A stretch of 64,000 nt of DNA from a virus, in the IMG/VR virus record IMGVR_UViG_3300008954_000005, positions 91,723 to 155,722 of that record. One strand, 5' to 3'. Shown one piece after another: positions 56,569 to 64,000 of this stretch (positions are counted from its first letter, which is position 1; every line of letters starts with the position of its first letter). Under the pieces are notes generated by a model. It did no database searches, was not told the DNA's origin, and worked only from the letters and a program-made list of their open reading frames with translations. The position numbers and the translations under genes were made by a program.

Positions 56569-58392
56569 TTAGCGTGTTAGACGAGTTTGTCTGCCCGCGC
56601 CTATCTGATTTAGATTATCTGCTCGCTGGCGCTGGAGTGCCTCCCAGTTCGCCTGTGCAGCGGTGTTCCCGACGCCCTGTCTCTCTAGCCGATCCGCGTT
56701 ACGGCGGCGGTGTTGGGTACCTTGGTGCCCCCTGAGGGCACGCATCGCACTGGTTCCATATCGCTGTCTGTTGTGTATCTGTTGGCGTTCATAGAGCGGC
56801 CTAGCGTCAGCGAGCCCTTTCCCCCAGGCTGCGTTTCGCGCACGATCACCAAGAAGTCCTTGATCCGCCGCGATATTCAAGCCCGTACCACCTATCGAGG
56901 CCGGGGAAAGAAGCTTACCGCCATGGAAAGTGGTCCCGAGCAGCGCACCGCCCAAGGCCATGTTCATCCGCATTGGATCATTCCAATCAGCCTCTCGATT
57001 AGCCGCATAAGAAGCTCCATACCCGAAAAGGCCTCCACGGGTGCCACCTCTTCCCATGCCCTTAAGCATACGAGGGACAATACCGCCAGTCTCATCCCAA
57101 CGCTTAACCAACTCCACACCACGCTTAGTGTTACCCGGCCTAAGAATGGATCTTCCGAAGGGAACTAGGTTCGCCAGCCCGCCCGTACGAGAGCCTAGGA
57201 ACTCTACGCCGTCCTTGGTTTTATAGACGTTCCTCATTCCGGTCCCGGCACCAAACAGACGGTGTCTAGCGCCCTTTAGGGTCTCTTTCATTCGGTGGCC
57301 TGCTCGACCAAGGCGACCTGCAGTGGCTGCGGGGTTGGTTTTTGCTACTGTAGTTGCGCCTGTCGATGTTCGAACAAGCCCTGGAACTTTAGCTCCTCTA
57401 GTGGTGACGGTACGCGCTGCTGTCGCTGCTGTGGTTATTGGGTTACCGGCAGCATCAAGAAGCCTAGAAGTCCTGGCGGGAACGGCGGGAATATTACGGA
57501 CTACGTCCGGAAGTCTGCCGGTACGTCGTATGTGCGCTAGAGTATTTGCAGAGTGACCTGCCCCACTAAGAGCTTCCGCAGCCTCTCGACCGCGTGGAAG
57601 GTACGAAGCGTCGTGCGCTGACCTTGCCTGCCTTGCCCTCCGAGCCGCACGCGTTGCACGCGTACCGTGCGTTCGTGCTGCACCGCCAGAACTGATAGCC
57701 CGTCTGAGACCGCCACCGCGACGTAGAGCCTTCCACGCAGCCCCTCCGAATCGGATAAGGCCACCAATTGCCACCTTCTCCATGTCGCTATTACCTGCTA
57801 ATGCGGAAGCGGCCTGCTGGTTCATTACTACTAAACTAACAGAAGCCGCCTTCATCTGACCGCCTTGGTCGATTAGCTGCGCGGGGTCTTTCTGTTGTAG
57901 CGCGGCAGACCGGCTTAAAAGCTCACCCTTCGCCGCTGTCGGGTTCTGTCGCTTAACAGACGCCTTGATACTTCCCTGGTTTCGTTTCATGGGGGAGGTA
58001 CTCTTAGCTGCAGCGGTCAATCCAGGCCACGCTGTTCTCAGATTTCGTCCCGCAATCTCTACGGACTGTTGTGCTACCTGTGGCTGTGCCATGAACTGGT
58101 ACGGAGCCATGCCGGTACCCATAGCAGTTATTCCCTGACCAGGACGCCCCCCTGTCTGTGTGGCGATGCCCTCTTTGATGATGTCAGCTTTCTTCCTCTT
58201 CTCTTCCTTCTGCCGTGTCATTTCGGCACTAGTGCCCCGGTTACCAGCATGCTTAACGGTCTTCTCCGCCTTAGAGCGGGAAAGCATTTTAACAAGACGC
58301 TGGATTACGGCCTCTTTGGTGATATCGGCGGTCTTCTTGTGTTCCTTCACCTGCTCTGTCCGAAGGCGTAGCTCTTCTAGTTTACCGATCAT
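56569..58392 (-). CDS. Basic Gly/Ala/Arg-rich protein with K-x-A motifs (putative internal head protein, 607 aa)
   Basis: KKTA, TKEA, VKHA, MKAA, MEKVA then a very Arg/Gly-rich region. Confidence 0.6.
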   Translation of the reverse strand: MIGKLEELRLRTEQVKEHKKTADITKEAVIQRLVKMLSRSKAEKTVKHAGNRGTSAEMTRQKEEKRKKADIIKEGIATQTGGRPGQGITAMGTGMAPYQFMAQPQVAQQSVEIAGRNLRTAWPGLTAAAKSTSPMKRNQGSIKASVKRQNPTAAKGELLSRSAALQQKDPAQLIDQGGQMKAASVSLVVMNQQAASALAGNSDMEKVAIGGLIRFGGAAWKALRRGGGLRRAISSGGAARTHGTRATRAARRARQARSAHDASYLPRGREAAEALSGAGHSANTLAHIRRTGRLPDVVRNIPAVPARTSRLLDAAGNPITTAATAARTVTTRGAKVPGLVRTSTGATTVAKTNPAATAGRLGRAGHRMKETLKGARHRLFGAGTGMRNVYKTKDGVEFLGSRTGGLANLVPFGRSILRPGNTKRGVELVKRWDETGGIVPRMLKGMGRGGTRGGLFGYGASYAANREADWNDPMRMNMALGGALLGTTFHGGKLLSPASIGGTGLNIAADQGLLGDRARNAAWGKGLADARPLYERQQIHNRQRYGTSAMRALRGHQGTQHRRRNADRLERQGVGNTAAQANWEALQRQRADNLNQIGAGRQTRLTR

Positions 58393-59636
58393 GTTAACGA
58401 TCTCCTCGGGGCCGCAGGAACTTCCGGTGCGATAATATCAAATACATCATCTGCCCCCGACAACAAGGTCAGGAGGTTCACATCAGCCACAGCATCATCT
58501 CCTGTGGGGACGTCGATAATACGCCGTAGAGACAGTGGGGCAATAGACACTTCAATTTTTATGCCCTGTACCAAATCAAACTCAACGTGACCGTTAGAAT
58601 CTGTCTTATAGGTTTTATTAGTATCAAATACACCGGCACCGCTAAAAATTTGGGGAGTGTGTATTAGTCGTACATGGATGTTTGCCTTTATCAGGGGCTT
58701 TCCATCCATCATATACAAGTCGGCAAACAGCGTACACATATCTGCCGGTTTCGCTGGGGCCGTGTACGTGGGGGTTACAGAGGCAGTGACTAACTGAAAT
58801 ACCTGTGCCTCTGACTTAGACGCGGAGTAGAAGATAGGCTCGTTAGAGATTTCTCTAGTATTTACGATGTCTACGGCAAAGTTATTATTTGTAAATACGA
58901 CGCCATCTTTAAGGAGGGAGATGATGTAGGAACCTGGGTCGAGGTTTACTACCGCCTCACCATCAACGTCTGTGGTTGTGGCTTCTACATGAACGCCACC
59001 AGAAGTAGCTACAACCACAGTAGTCGCTGTGTGGGGTTGTCCGTTGTTACCCTCTTCGGTAGCAACGGTAAGCGTTACCGTTTCTGCCCCGGATGGGGTG
59101 AGAATCAGTAAAGGAACTACTTGGAACGGTAGCTGGTTTCCACCACCGTCGTCCTTGGTCCAAACGAGGAAGTACTGGCCAGCAACGCTGAAGGTGGCGG
59201 TGGTCGAGTAATCCGACCTGTCAGCATCATACGCAGCCTCTTCAGCGGCTAAAAACTCAGCAGAATCACTATCAATGATAAGTAGTTCTACAGTCTCACT
59301 GTCACCACCCGCTACACGCTGGTCTACAGCAACCGTAACTTCCTCAGCCCTCGGGTAATCAGAAACAGGGTCTTTCCCAACATCGATGGTTTTGGTCAGA
59401 ACGATGGTGTCAGCATCATCACCATAGGTGTACGTTGCGACGTACTGGCCCGCTAAGGAAAACAGAACGGCTTCACTTATGTACAAATCAGGAACGTCAC
59501 CAACCGCTGCAAGGTCCACCGTTGATACGGCATCCCCATTCGGGTCGACGACTGCTACAACAAACGCTTCTGCCCCAATGACACTAGATGAGTCAAAGAA
59601 CGGAAGAACCGCCTGATTTCCTAATTTAACCTTCAT
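58389..59636 (-). CDS. Acidic multi-beta-sandwich virion protein, probable paralogue of 54715-55677
   Basis: Internal repeat F.LAGQY / FSVAGQY; TDVDGEAVVNL and TDSNGHVEFDL. Confidence 0.6.
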   Translation of the reverse strand: MKVKLGNQAVLPFFDSSSVIGAEAFVVAVVDPNGDAVSTVDLAAVGDVPDLYISEAVLFSLAGQYVATYTYGDDADTIVLTKTIDVGKDPVSDYPRAEEVTVAVDQRVAGGDSETVELLIIDSDSAEFLAAEEAAYDADRSDYSTTATFSVAGQYFLVWTKDDGGGNQLPFQVVPLLILTPSGAETVTLTVATEEGNNGQPHTATTVVVATSGGVHVEATTTDVDGEAVVNLDPGSYIISLLKDGVVFTNNNFAVDIVNTREISNEPIFYSASKSEAQVFQLVTASVTPTYTAPAKPADMCTLFADLYMMDGKPLIKANIHVRLIHTPQIFSGAGVFDTNKTYKTDSNGHVEFDLVQGIKIEVSIAPLSLRRIIDVPTGDDAVADVNLLTLLSGADDVFDIIAPEVPAAPRRSLT

Positions 59637-59884
59637 TCTGCCAACTCACCCGTCGTTGTTTCTGGCTTCTCGATGCCTAATAACGTGGCAACGTCCACGT
59701 AAACATCTACTTCTGTTATCTGTTTATACTTCCTATCAGCCTCTTTAATATTCTCTGCTACCTTCTTCAAAAACTCCCGCTCAATTTGAAGTCGCATCTT
59801 CTCAGCAGTTAAGAATCGAATGACCTGTACACGAAGATCCTCTAGGAATTCCGCTTTAGTCTCTGATCGAATCTTAATGCCCAT
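59633..59884 (-). CDS. Hypothetical coiled-coil protein (83 aa)
   Basis: ATGA overlap with the downstream gene; GGAG upstream. Confidence 0.65.
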   Translation of the reverse strand: MGIKIRSETKAEFLEDLRVQVIRFLTAEKMRLQIEREFLKKVAENIKEADRKYKQITEVDVYVDVATLLGIEKPETTTGELAE

Positions 59885-59887
59885 AGA

Positions 59888-61360
59888 TCAATCTCCAGCC
59901 ATTACGAGACCACCAGCAGCAGCACCGCCAGCAAGCGGTCGCCAGTTCTTCTTCGCAGAAGCGAGAGTCTTGGCAAGCTCAGGATTACGCTCAAGCATCG
60001 CAGCCCACTTCTTAGCTGCTTCTGGGAAGTTCCTTGCTGCCGCATCGCTTGTTGCTTTGGCACCGCTCTCAATACCCTCTGCTACCGCTCTACCACCGCT
60101 CTTCACGCCACCCCAGGCCTTACTGATGTGCGGGGTAGCTTTAGCTCCCCAGCCAGCAAATCGCTTACCTAGATTAGCGAGAAATACCGGGCTGGCTGCG
60201 GTCTTGTCCATGTAGTGGGTGTAGAGCGTTCCAGACGCCAAGCTTAGGCCGTTGGTAAACAAGACCTCGTGTCCAGGAACCATGTGTACTACTGCGGAAG
60301 CCTTCTTCTTTTTGCCCTTTCCACGCTCTTGGATGATTTTGTTTAGCAGTGTTTTCTTGTCTCCGTGAAGAGAGCGGGCCTTACCTCTAGCGCTTGATTG
60401 CAGCCCTATCCCAGCAATCATACTAGCAAGACCACCTGCTTCCAACGCTAACTGTGCCTTAGGGTTCTTCGGAACGAAGGAACCCAGCAAAGCCCCTAAA
60501 CCAGCTATGCTTGTGCCGGTGCCAAGACCGCCTCTCCTTTTCATCTGCTTACGCTTTTTATGGATGTCTTTGATCACCTGCTCCTTTGAGCGAGGATCGT
60601 CCGTCCGACCCTGCATCTGGGCTGGAATCAAAGCATCTCTCTCTTCCTGGGTTAACTTAACCCTCTTGGCGATCTTTACGGAGCCCTTTTTCTCTTGTTC
60701 CCGCTGGCGTTGTGCGAGAGCGGAGGATGCAATCGAACCCGCTGCCATCGCGTACTGCCTAGCAGCACGAGATTTTTCTGTGGCCTTAAGACGCTCTGTA
60801 TTCATTTTGTGCGCCTCAATACGATCAGCACGCGCTCTGCTCTGTTTGGCTCCATGAGCCTTACGCAGCTTTAGGTCGCTTCGGAGAAGCTGGCGTAGGA
60901 TCTTCCCTTTGGCTTTCTCGTTCGCCATGTGGGGGGCAATCCCTAACGTCGGGATACCAGTAAGGATTGGGTGGCGCATTGAGAAGCTTTTAGCCCGAGC
61001 TTTCCCAATCAGGTTCCGAACCTTAGCCTCATCCTTATCACCAAAGTACGCACCAATCTCATCCTCGATGTCCGAGACGTTAAGCTTGGCCGTCTTCTTC
61101 ATCTTCTTCTTGAGAATAGCGGCTTGAATGCTGTCAGGGAGCTTGGACTGCTTGCCTTTAAGGGCGGGGCTCTTGTCCATCGCAGGAGAGAAGGTCGCCT
61201 TACTCGCCTGCTTCTCTTCCCCGCCACCCATCTTGGCAGCTAGAGCAGCAACCTGCTCATCAGACCAATCAGGGTATGCGGCCTTAATAGCCTCTTTAGC
61301 TCCCATGCCTTTCGCCATGAGCGCCTTTACTTTCGCTACGTTAGCTAGCTTGCTTGTCAT
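59888..61360 (-). CDS. Lys-rich modular protein with K-x-A motifs (putative internal head protein, 490 aa)
   Basis: SKLA, EKQA, KKTA, VKIA, KKKA, MDKTA delimit modules; several modules contain Gly-rich hydrophobic helices. Confidence 0.6.
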   Translation of the reverse strand: MTSKLANVAKVKALMAKGMGAKEAIKAAYPDWSDEQVAALAAKMGGGEEKQASKATFSPAMDKSPALKGKQSKLPDSIQAAILKKKMKKTAKLNVSDIEDEIGAYFGDKDEAKVRNLIGKARAKSFSMRHPILTGIPTLGIAPHMANEKAKGKILRQLLRSDLKLRKAHGAKQSRARADRIEAHKMNTERLKATEKSRAARQYAMAAGSIASSALAQRQREQEKKGSVKIAKRVKLTQEERDALIPAQMQGRTDDPRSKEQVIKDIHKKRKQMKRRGGLGTGTSIAGLGALLGSFVPKNPKAQLALEAGGLASMIAGIGLQSSARGKARSLHGDKKTLLNKIIQERGKGKKKKASAVVHMVPGHEVLFTNGLSLASGTLYTHYMDKTAASPVFLANLGKRFAGWGAKATPHISKAWGGVKSGGRAVAEGIESGAKATSDAAARNFPEAAKKWAAMLERNPELAKTLASAKKNWRPLAGGAAAGGLVMAGD

Positions 61361-62256
61361 TGTAGGTACCTCTCCAATTTTTTCTTAATGGCATTTTTGA
61401 GGCGACTGACTTGATAATCAGGCATACCTAACGCCTTTGCGATTTCATTAGTGGACGTAAGTTGGGGTCGCCCAAACCCTGTAAGGTGTTCGTACACCGC
61501 ACGCTCATTACCCGTTAATTCGTACTTCGCCAAACGAAGAACTTCCTCTGACTTGGACGGGGTTAAAGCATACGGATCTTCCTCAAATCCTTGCGTAGTA
61601 AGATCATTTCGTAATTCGGCATCCATCCGCTTGGCCTCTGCAAGAGGCCACCCGAGATTTTTAGCCATCTCTGATACTGAGGGGATCTTACCAAGATCCT
61701 CGGTAAGTTCATCTCTACGCGTCGTATAAAGTTTTAGCTTGTAAACGCGGTTCTCTGGGATGCGCCCGATGTTTTGGTTTTCGACAATGAATCGTTTCGA
61801 CTTGTCTAGATACCGGTACACATAGGTCCCAAGTGAACCTTTAGTCGGATCATACGACCGAAGGGCGTCTACAAAGCGAAGTTGAAACTCAGCCTCTATA
61901 GCTGAGTCGGGAATCATCTTTACCTTCCCTTTGTAGACGTTCGACTTGGACCTAATCATGGGTCGGAAGCTCTTAAGAAGCGGTTCAAGATCCTTTGGAT
62001 CCATTCCGCCATCTTTCCACGCCTGCCACATCTCCAACTCTTTTGCCTTTTTAGTATCGAGTTGGAGTTCCGGATGCTCGTGGCCACTAACAGCTTCGGC
62101 GGCTGTTGGTGCCCCCTCGTCATCTGTCGCCCGATCATGCTCTGCGACGGTAACGACCTTCCCACCAGTACGCCGGGTATGCGCACTTACACGGGTCCTG
62201 CGTTCAGCGAACTTCAGGAAATCCATTACAGGGTCGGTACTCAAGGCAAGCTCCAT
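61357..62256 (-). CDS. Phage sigma70-family (FliA/SigB-like) RNA polymerase sigma factor with N-terminal extension
   Basis: Region 2 ALRSYDPTKGSLGTYVY; region 3 GKIPSVSEMAKNLGW; region 4 LTGNERAV...TNEIAKALGMPDYQVSRLKNAIKKKL. Confidence 0.9.
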   Translation of the reverse strand: MELALSTDPVMDFLKFAERRTRVSAHTRRTGGKVVTVAEHDRATDDEGAPTAAEAVSGHEHPELQLDTKKAKELEMWQAWKDGGMDPKDLEPLLKSFRPMIRSKSNVYKGKVKMIPDSAIEAEFQLRFVDALRSYDPTKGSLGTYVYRYLDKSKRFIVENQNIGRIPENRVYKLKLYTTRRDELTEDLGKIPSVSEMAKNLGWPLAEAKRMDAELRNDLTTQGFEEDPYALTPSKSEEVLRLAKYELTGNERAVYEHLTGFGRPQLTSTNEIAKALGMPDYQVSRLKNAIKKKLERYLQ

Positions 62257-62271
62257 AATTATACGCGCTTC

Positions 62272-63114
62272 TTAGTCACTAAGTTTCTTCGCACCGAGAC
62301 CAAGGGCAGCTAATCCAGTCGTACCGACAGCAGTCTGTAGCCGAGCTTTACGCGTCTTAGCCACCTCAGCAGCGAGCGCCTCTTCTCTGGGCGTTACGCT
62401 CCTCTTGTCGTAGCTCGCAAGCCGCTTTTCAGCCTTCGCCAACTCAGCTTTATTCTTTCTGGCTTTGGGTACAGGGCGTTTTGACTTAGCGGTCTCTAGT
62501 GCCTCTCTGGCACCCTTCTGGTTGCTGCCGACAACGCGCTTAGCAAACTGCTCAGCACCTTCTCGCCAAGCAGCCAAACGACCGCTAGCCGCCTTAGCGA
62601 GCGCATTATCTTCTTGGCTGGATTTGCCGCCCTTAGCGGCCAAACCGATGGCACCCAAGCCAGTAACACCTACGCCAGCGCCAGCAACGCGTCTGTACTT
62701 CTTAGTTCGGGCTTTCTCGACGTCAATCTTGTCGCCCTTGGACTTGATCTTACCAATAAGATCCTTAGTTCGCTGCTTGCTCGCCGCCTCGTCAGCTTCT
62801 CGGGCCTTGCTCTTGCCGAAGACCTTTTCCTTCAAAGAGGTCTTCTTGGAATCAGCAACCCGCTTGGTCTCATGAGCCTTAAACTTCTTCTGCGACTTTG
62901 AGAGGTTCTTTTGGGCAGAGCCGACGTTCTTTCCCTTAATAACAGCGACGGTCTTTTTGCCCTCTTTTAGGGCTGCTCTGAAGGTTCCCTTTAGGGCCTC
63001 CACGACAGCATTCGCCGCCTCTTTCTCCAGAGGGCCTCCGTTAATGTCAATAATCCTTGCCCCAAGCGAGGTACTAAGACCCCGTTTAACGGCTGTTTTC
63101 TCTAACTGACGCAT
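62272..63114 (-). CDS. Lys/Ala-rich protein with K-x-A motifs and two tandem units (putative internal head protein)
   Basis: LEKTA, LEKEA, LAKAA; two units each ending in VG.TGL.A.GL.AK; GGAGG RBS. Confidence 0.65.
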   Translation of the reverse strand: MRQLEKTAVKRGLSTSLGARIIDINGGPLEKEAANAVVEALKGTFRAALKEGKKTVAVIKGKNVGSAQKNLSKSQKKFKAHETKRVADSKKTSLKEKVFGKSKAREADEAASKQRTKDLIGKIKSKGDKIDVEKARTKKYRRVAGAGVGVTGLGAIGLAAKGGKSSQEDNALAKAASGRLAAWREGAEQFAKRVVGSNQKGAREALETAKSKRPVPKARKNKAELAKAEKRLASYDKRSVTPREEALAAEVAKTRKARLQTAVGTTGLAALGLGAKKLSD

Positions 63115-63197
63115 CGATGATTCCTCCGAATACTTATGAACAGAAGGCTAACTGTTCGTAGTTTATTATGCCCTAACATATATCAATTAAGAACTCT

Positions 63198-63371
63198 CTA
63201 CTTAGAGATCTCCACAATCTTTTTCAACGTATATCCCTCGGAACAAAGAAGAGTCCGCTTATTCCGGCCCCTGCCAAAAGTAACTTCCATGGCAGCTAGA
63301 CCGGGATCAGGTTTCTCGTCTTTATTATCAGGGATGTCCTCTTTTACCAACTCTTTCTCAATCGTATCCAT
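63198..63371 (-). CDS. Unlisted 57-aa hypothetical protein
   Basis: AGGA upstream; MDTIEKELVKEDIPDNKDEKPDPGLAAMEVTFGRGRNKRTLLCSEGYTLKKIVEISK; fills a gap on the coding strand. Confidence 0.55.
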   Translation of the reverse strand: MDTIEKELVKEDIPDNKDEKPDPGLAAMEVTFGRGRNKRTLLCSEGYTLKKIVEISK

Positions 63372-63390
63372 AATATTTTCCTGTAATAAT

Positions 63391-63999
63391 CTATGCTAGC
63401 TCGGTGTCGCCACCGGTGTCGGCCCAGCCGTCGGGTGGTTGGGGGGTAGCTACACTAGCGGTTTGAACACCACTACCAGCAATACCGGTGCGGTTACCCA
63501 TAAGGTTTCGCATTTCGGCAACATAGGCTGATACCGCCGTGTGCCGCGCAAGCCTAGTATCTGTCTCTGCTCTAACCTCTCGCTGTTCTGTGCCGGGGGC
63601 AACCGTGGTCAACCTCTCGTCAGCCCCGGTCATCGGCACTTCGTTACCGTTAGTGTCTTCTTTCATCAGGCTAGTAAAAGGACCAAACGCCCATGAATGG
63701 AACCCCTCAACAGGACCACCAGCACCAGCCGCTACATCGGTTTCACTAATATTCCCATACCAACGACCCGGACTAGCCATTGTCATATCGGTAGCGGATT
63801 GCCACGTCATACCTTTATTTACTGTCCCAAGGATATCGTAAATATCAGCCATAGACCGTTGCGTGTACGTATCGATAAACCGATTTACGTCAGCGCCAAT
63901 CTCCTTCAACCCCATCCACACCTCTGCCAACGCATCCGCAGCAGCCTGTGTCGTGTTCCCTGGCTGCATCAAGTCTGATGGTACGAGGACGTCTTGAAC
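63391..63999 (-). CDS. C-terminal part of a hypothetical protein, probably truncated by the window edge
   Basis: Frame stays open from the track start (63972) to 63999. Confidence 0.6.
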   Translation of the reverse strand, partial: VQDVLVPSDLMQPGNTTQAAADALAEVWMGLKEIGADVNRFIDTYTQRSMADIYDILGTVNKGMTWQSATDMTMASPGRWYGNISETDVAAGAGGPVEGFHSWAFGPFTSLMKEDTNGNEVPMTGADERLTTVAPGTEQREVRAETDTRLARHTAVSAYVAEMRNLMGNRTGIAGSGVQTASVATPQPPDGWADTGGDTELA

Positions 64000-64000
64000 C

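Noticed and set aside
62257-62263. TATAAT immediately before the sigma ATG as its promoter
   Set aside because: Only 1 nt from the ATG, too close for a -10 element unless Met11 is the true start; several genes here have similar AT-rich pre-ATG sequence
15945-63978. Many + strand ORFs of 60-230 aa within the structural arm
   Set aside because: Almost all are antisense shadows of long - strand genes, with no recognisable motifs
1-64000. Stop-codon reassignment as in some jumbo phages
   Set aside because: Standard code gives near-complete coding density with ORFs up to 2883 aa, and TAA, TAG and TGA all end genes at tight junctions
1-64000. Eukaryotic giant virus, or a cellular contractile-injection-system locus
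   Set aside because: SD sequences, intrinsic terminators, sigma70, DnaG and PolA next to baseplate genes, with no host housekeeping genes, fit a bacteriophage
1-64000. tRNA or other structured RNA genes
   Set aside because: Intergenic gaps are short and none showed a cloverleaf or T-loop signature; a covariance search was not possible

Overview
This window is a gene-dense fragment of a large tailed dsDNA bacteriophage, most likely a jumbo myovirus, read in the standard genetic code. It has three parts. (1) 1-13.8 kb, + strand: a replication/recombination arm with a DnaB-like helicase (5'-truncated), DnaG-like primase, gp32-like SSB carrying extra CxxC pairs, family A DNA polymerase, small accessory ORFs, GIY-YIG nuclease, MazG-like protein, a RecA homologue with altered ATPase motifs, PD-(D/E)XK, Cas4-like and RusA nucleases, and an AT-hook protein. 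(2) 13.9-15.8 kb: a terminator-bounded divergent cassette with a vWA lipoprotein on one side and two small, probably membrane-associated proteins on the other (one is missing from the ORF track). (3) 15.8-64 kb, - strand: a virion arm with very large acidic tailspike/fibre and baseplate proteins (gp25-, gpJ/gp6- and gpI/gp7-like, up to 2883 aa). Upstream of these lies a cluster of very basic Gly/Ala/Arg/Lys-rich proteins punctuated by a recurring K-x-A motif, and a sigma70-family factor in the middle of the cluster carries the same motif. My best candidate for an undescribed system is this K-x-A cluster, interpreted as protease-matured, capsid-packaged cargo that may include a co-injected sigma factor. 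Other notable items are the degenerate RecA and a hairpin before the polymerase RBS that contains the T4 gene 43 operator loop sequence. No capsid, terminase, sheath, tRNA, rRNA, CRISPR array or integrase was recognised. All functional calls come from motif recognition by eye; no searches were run.
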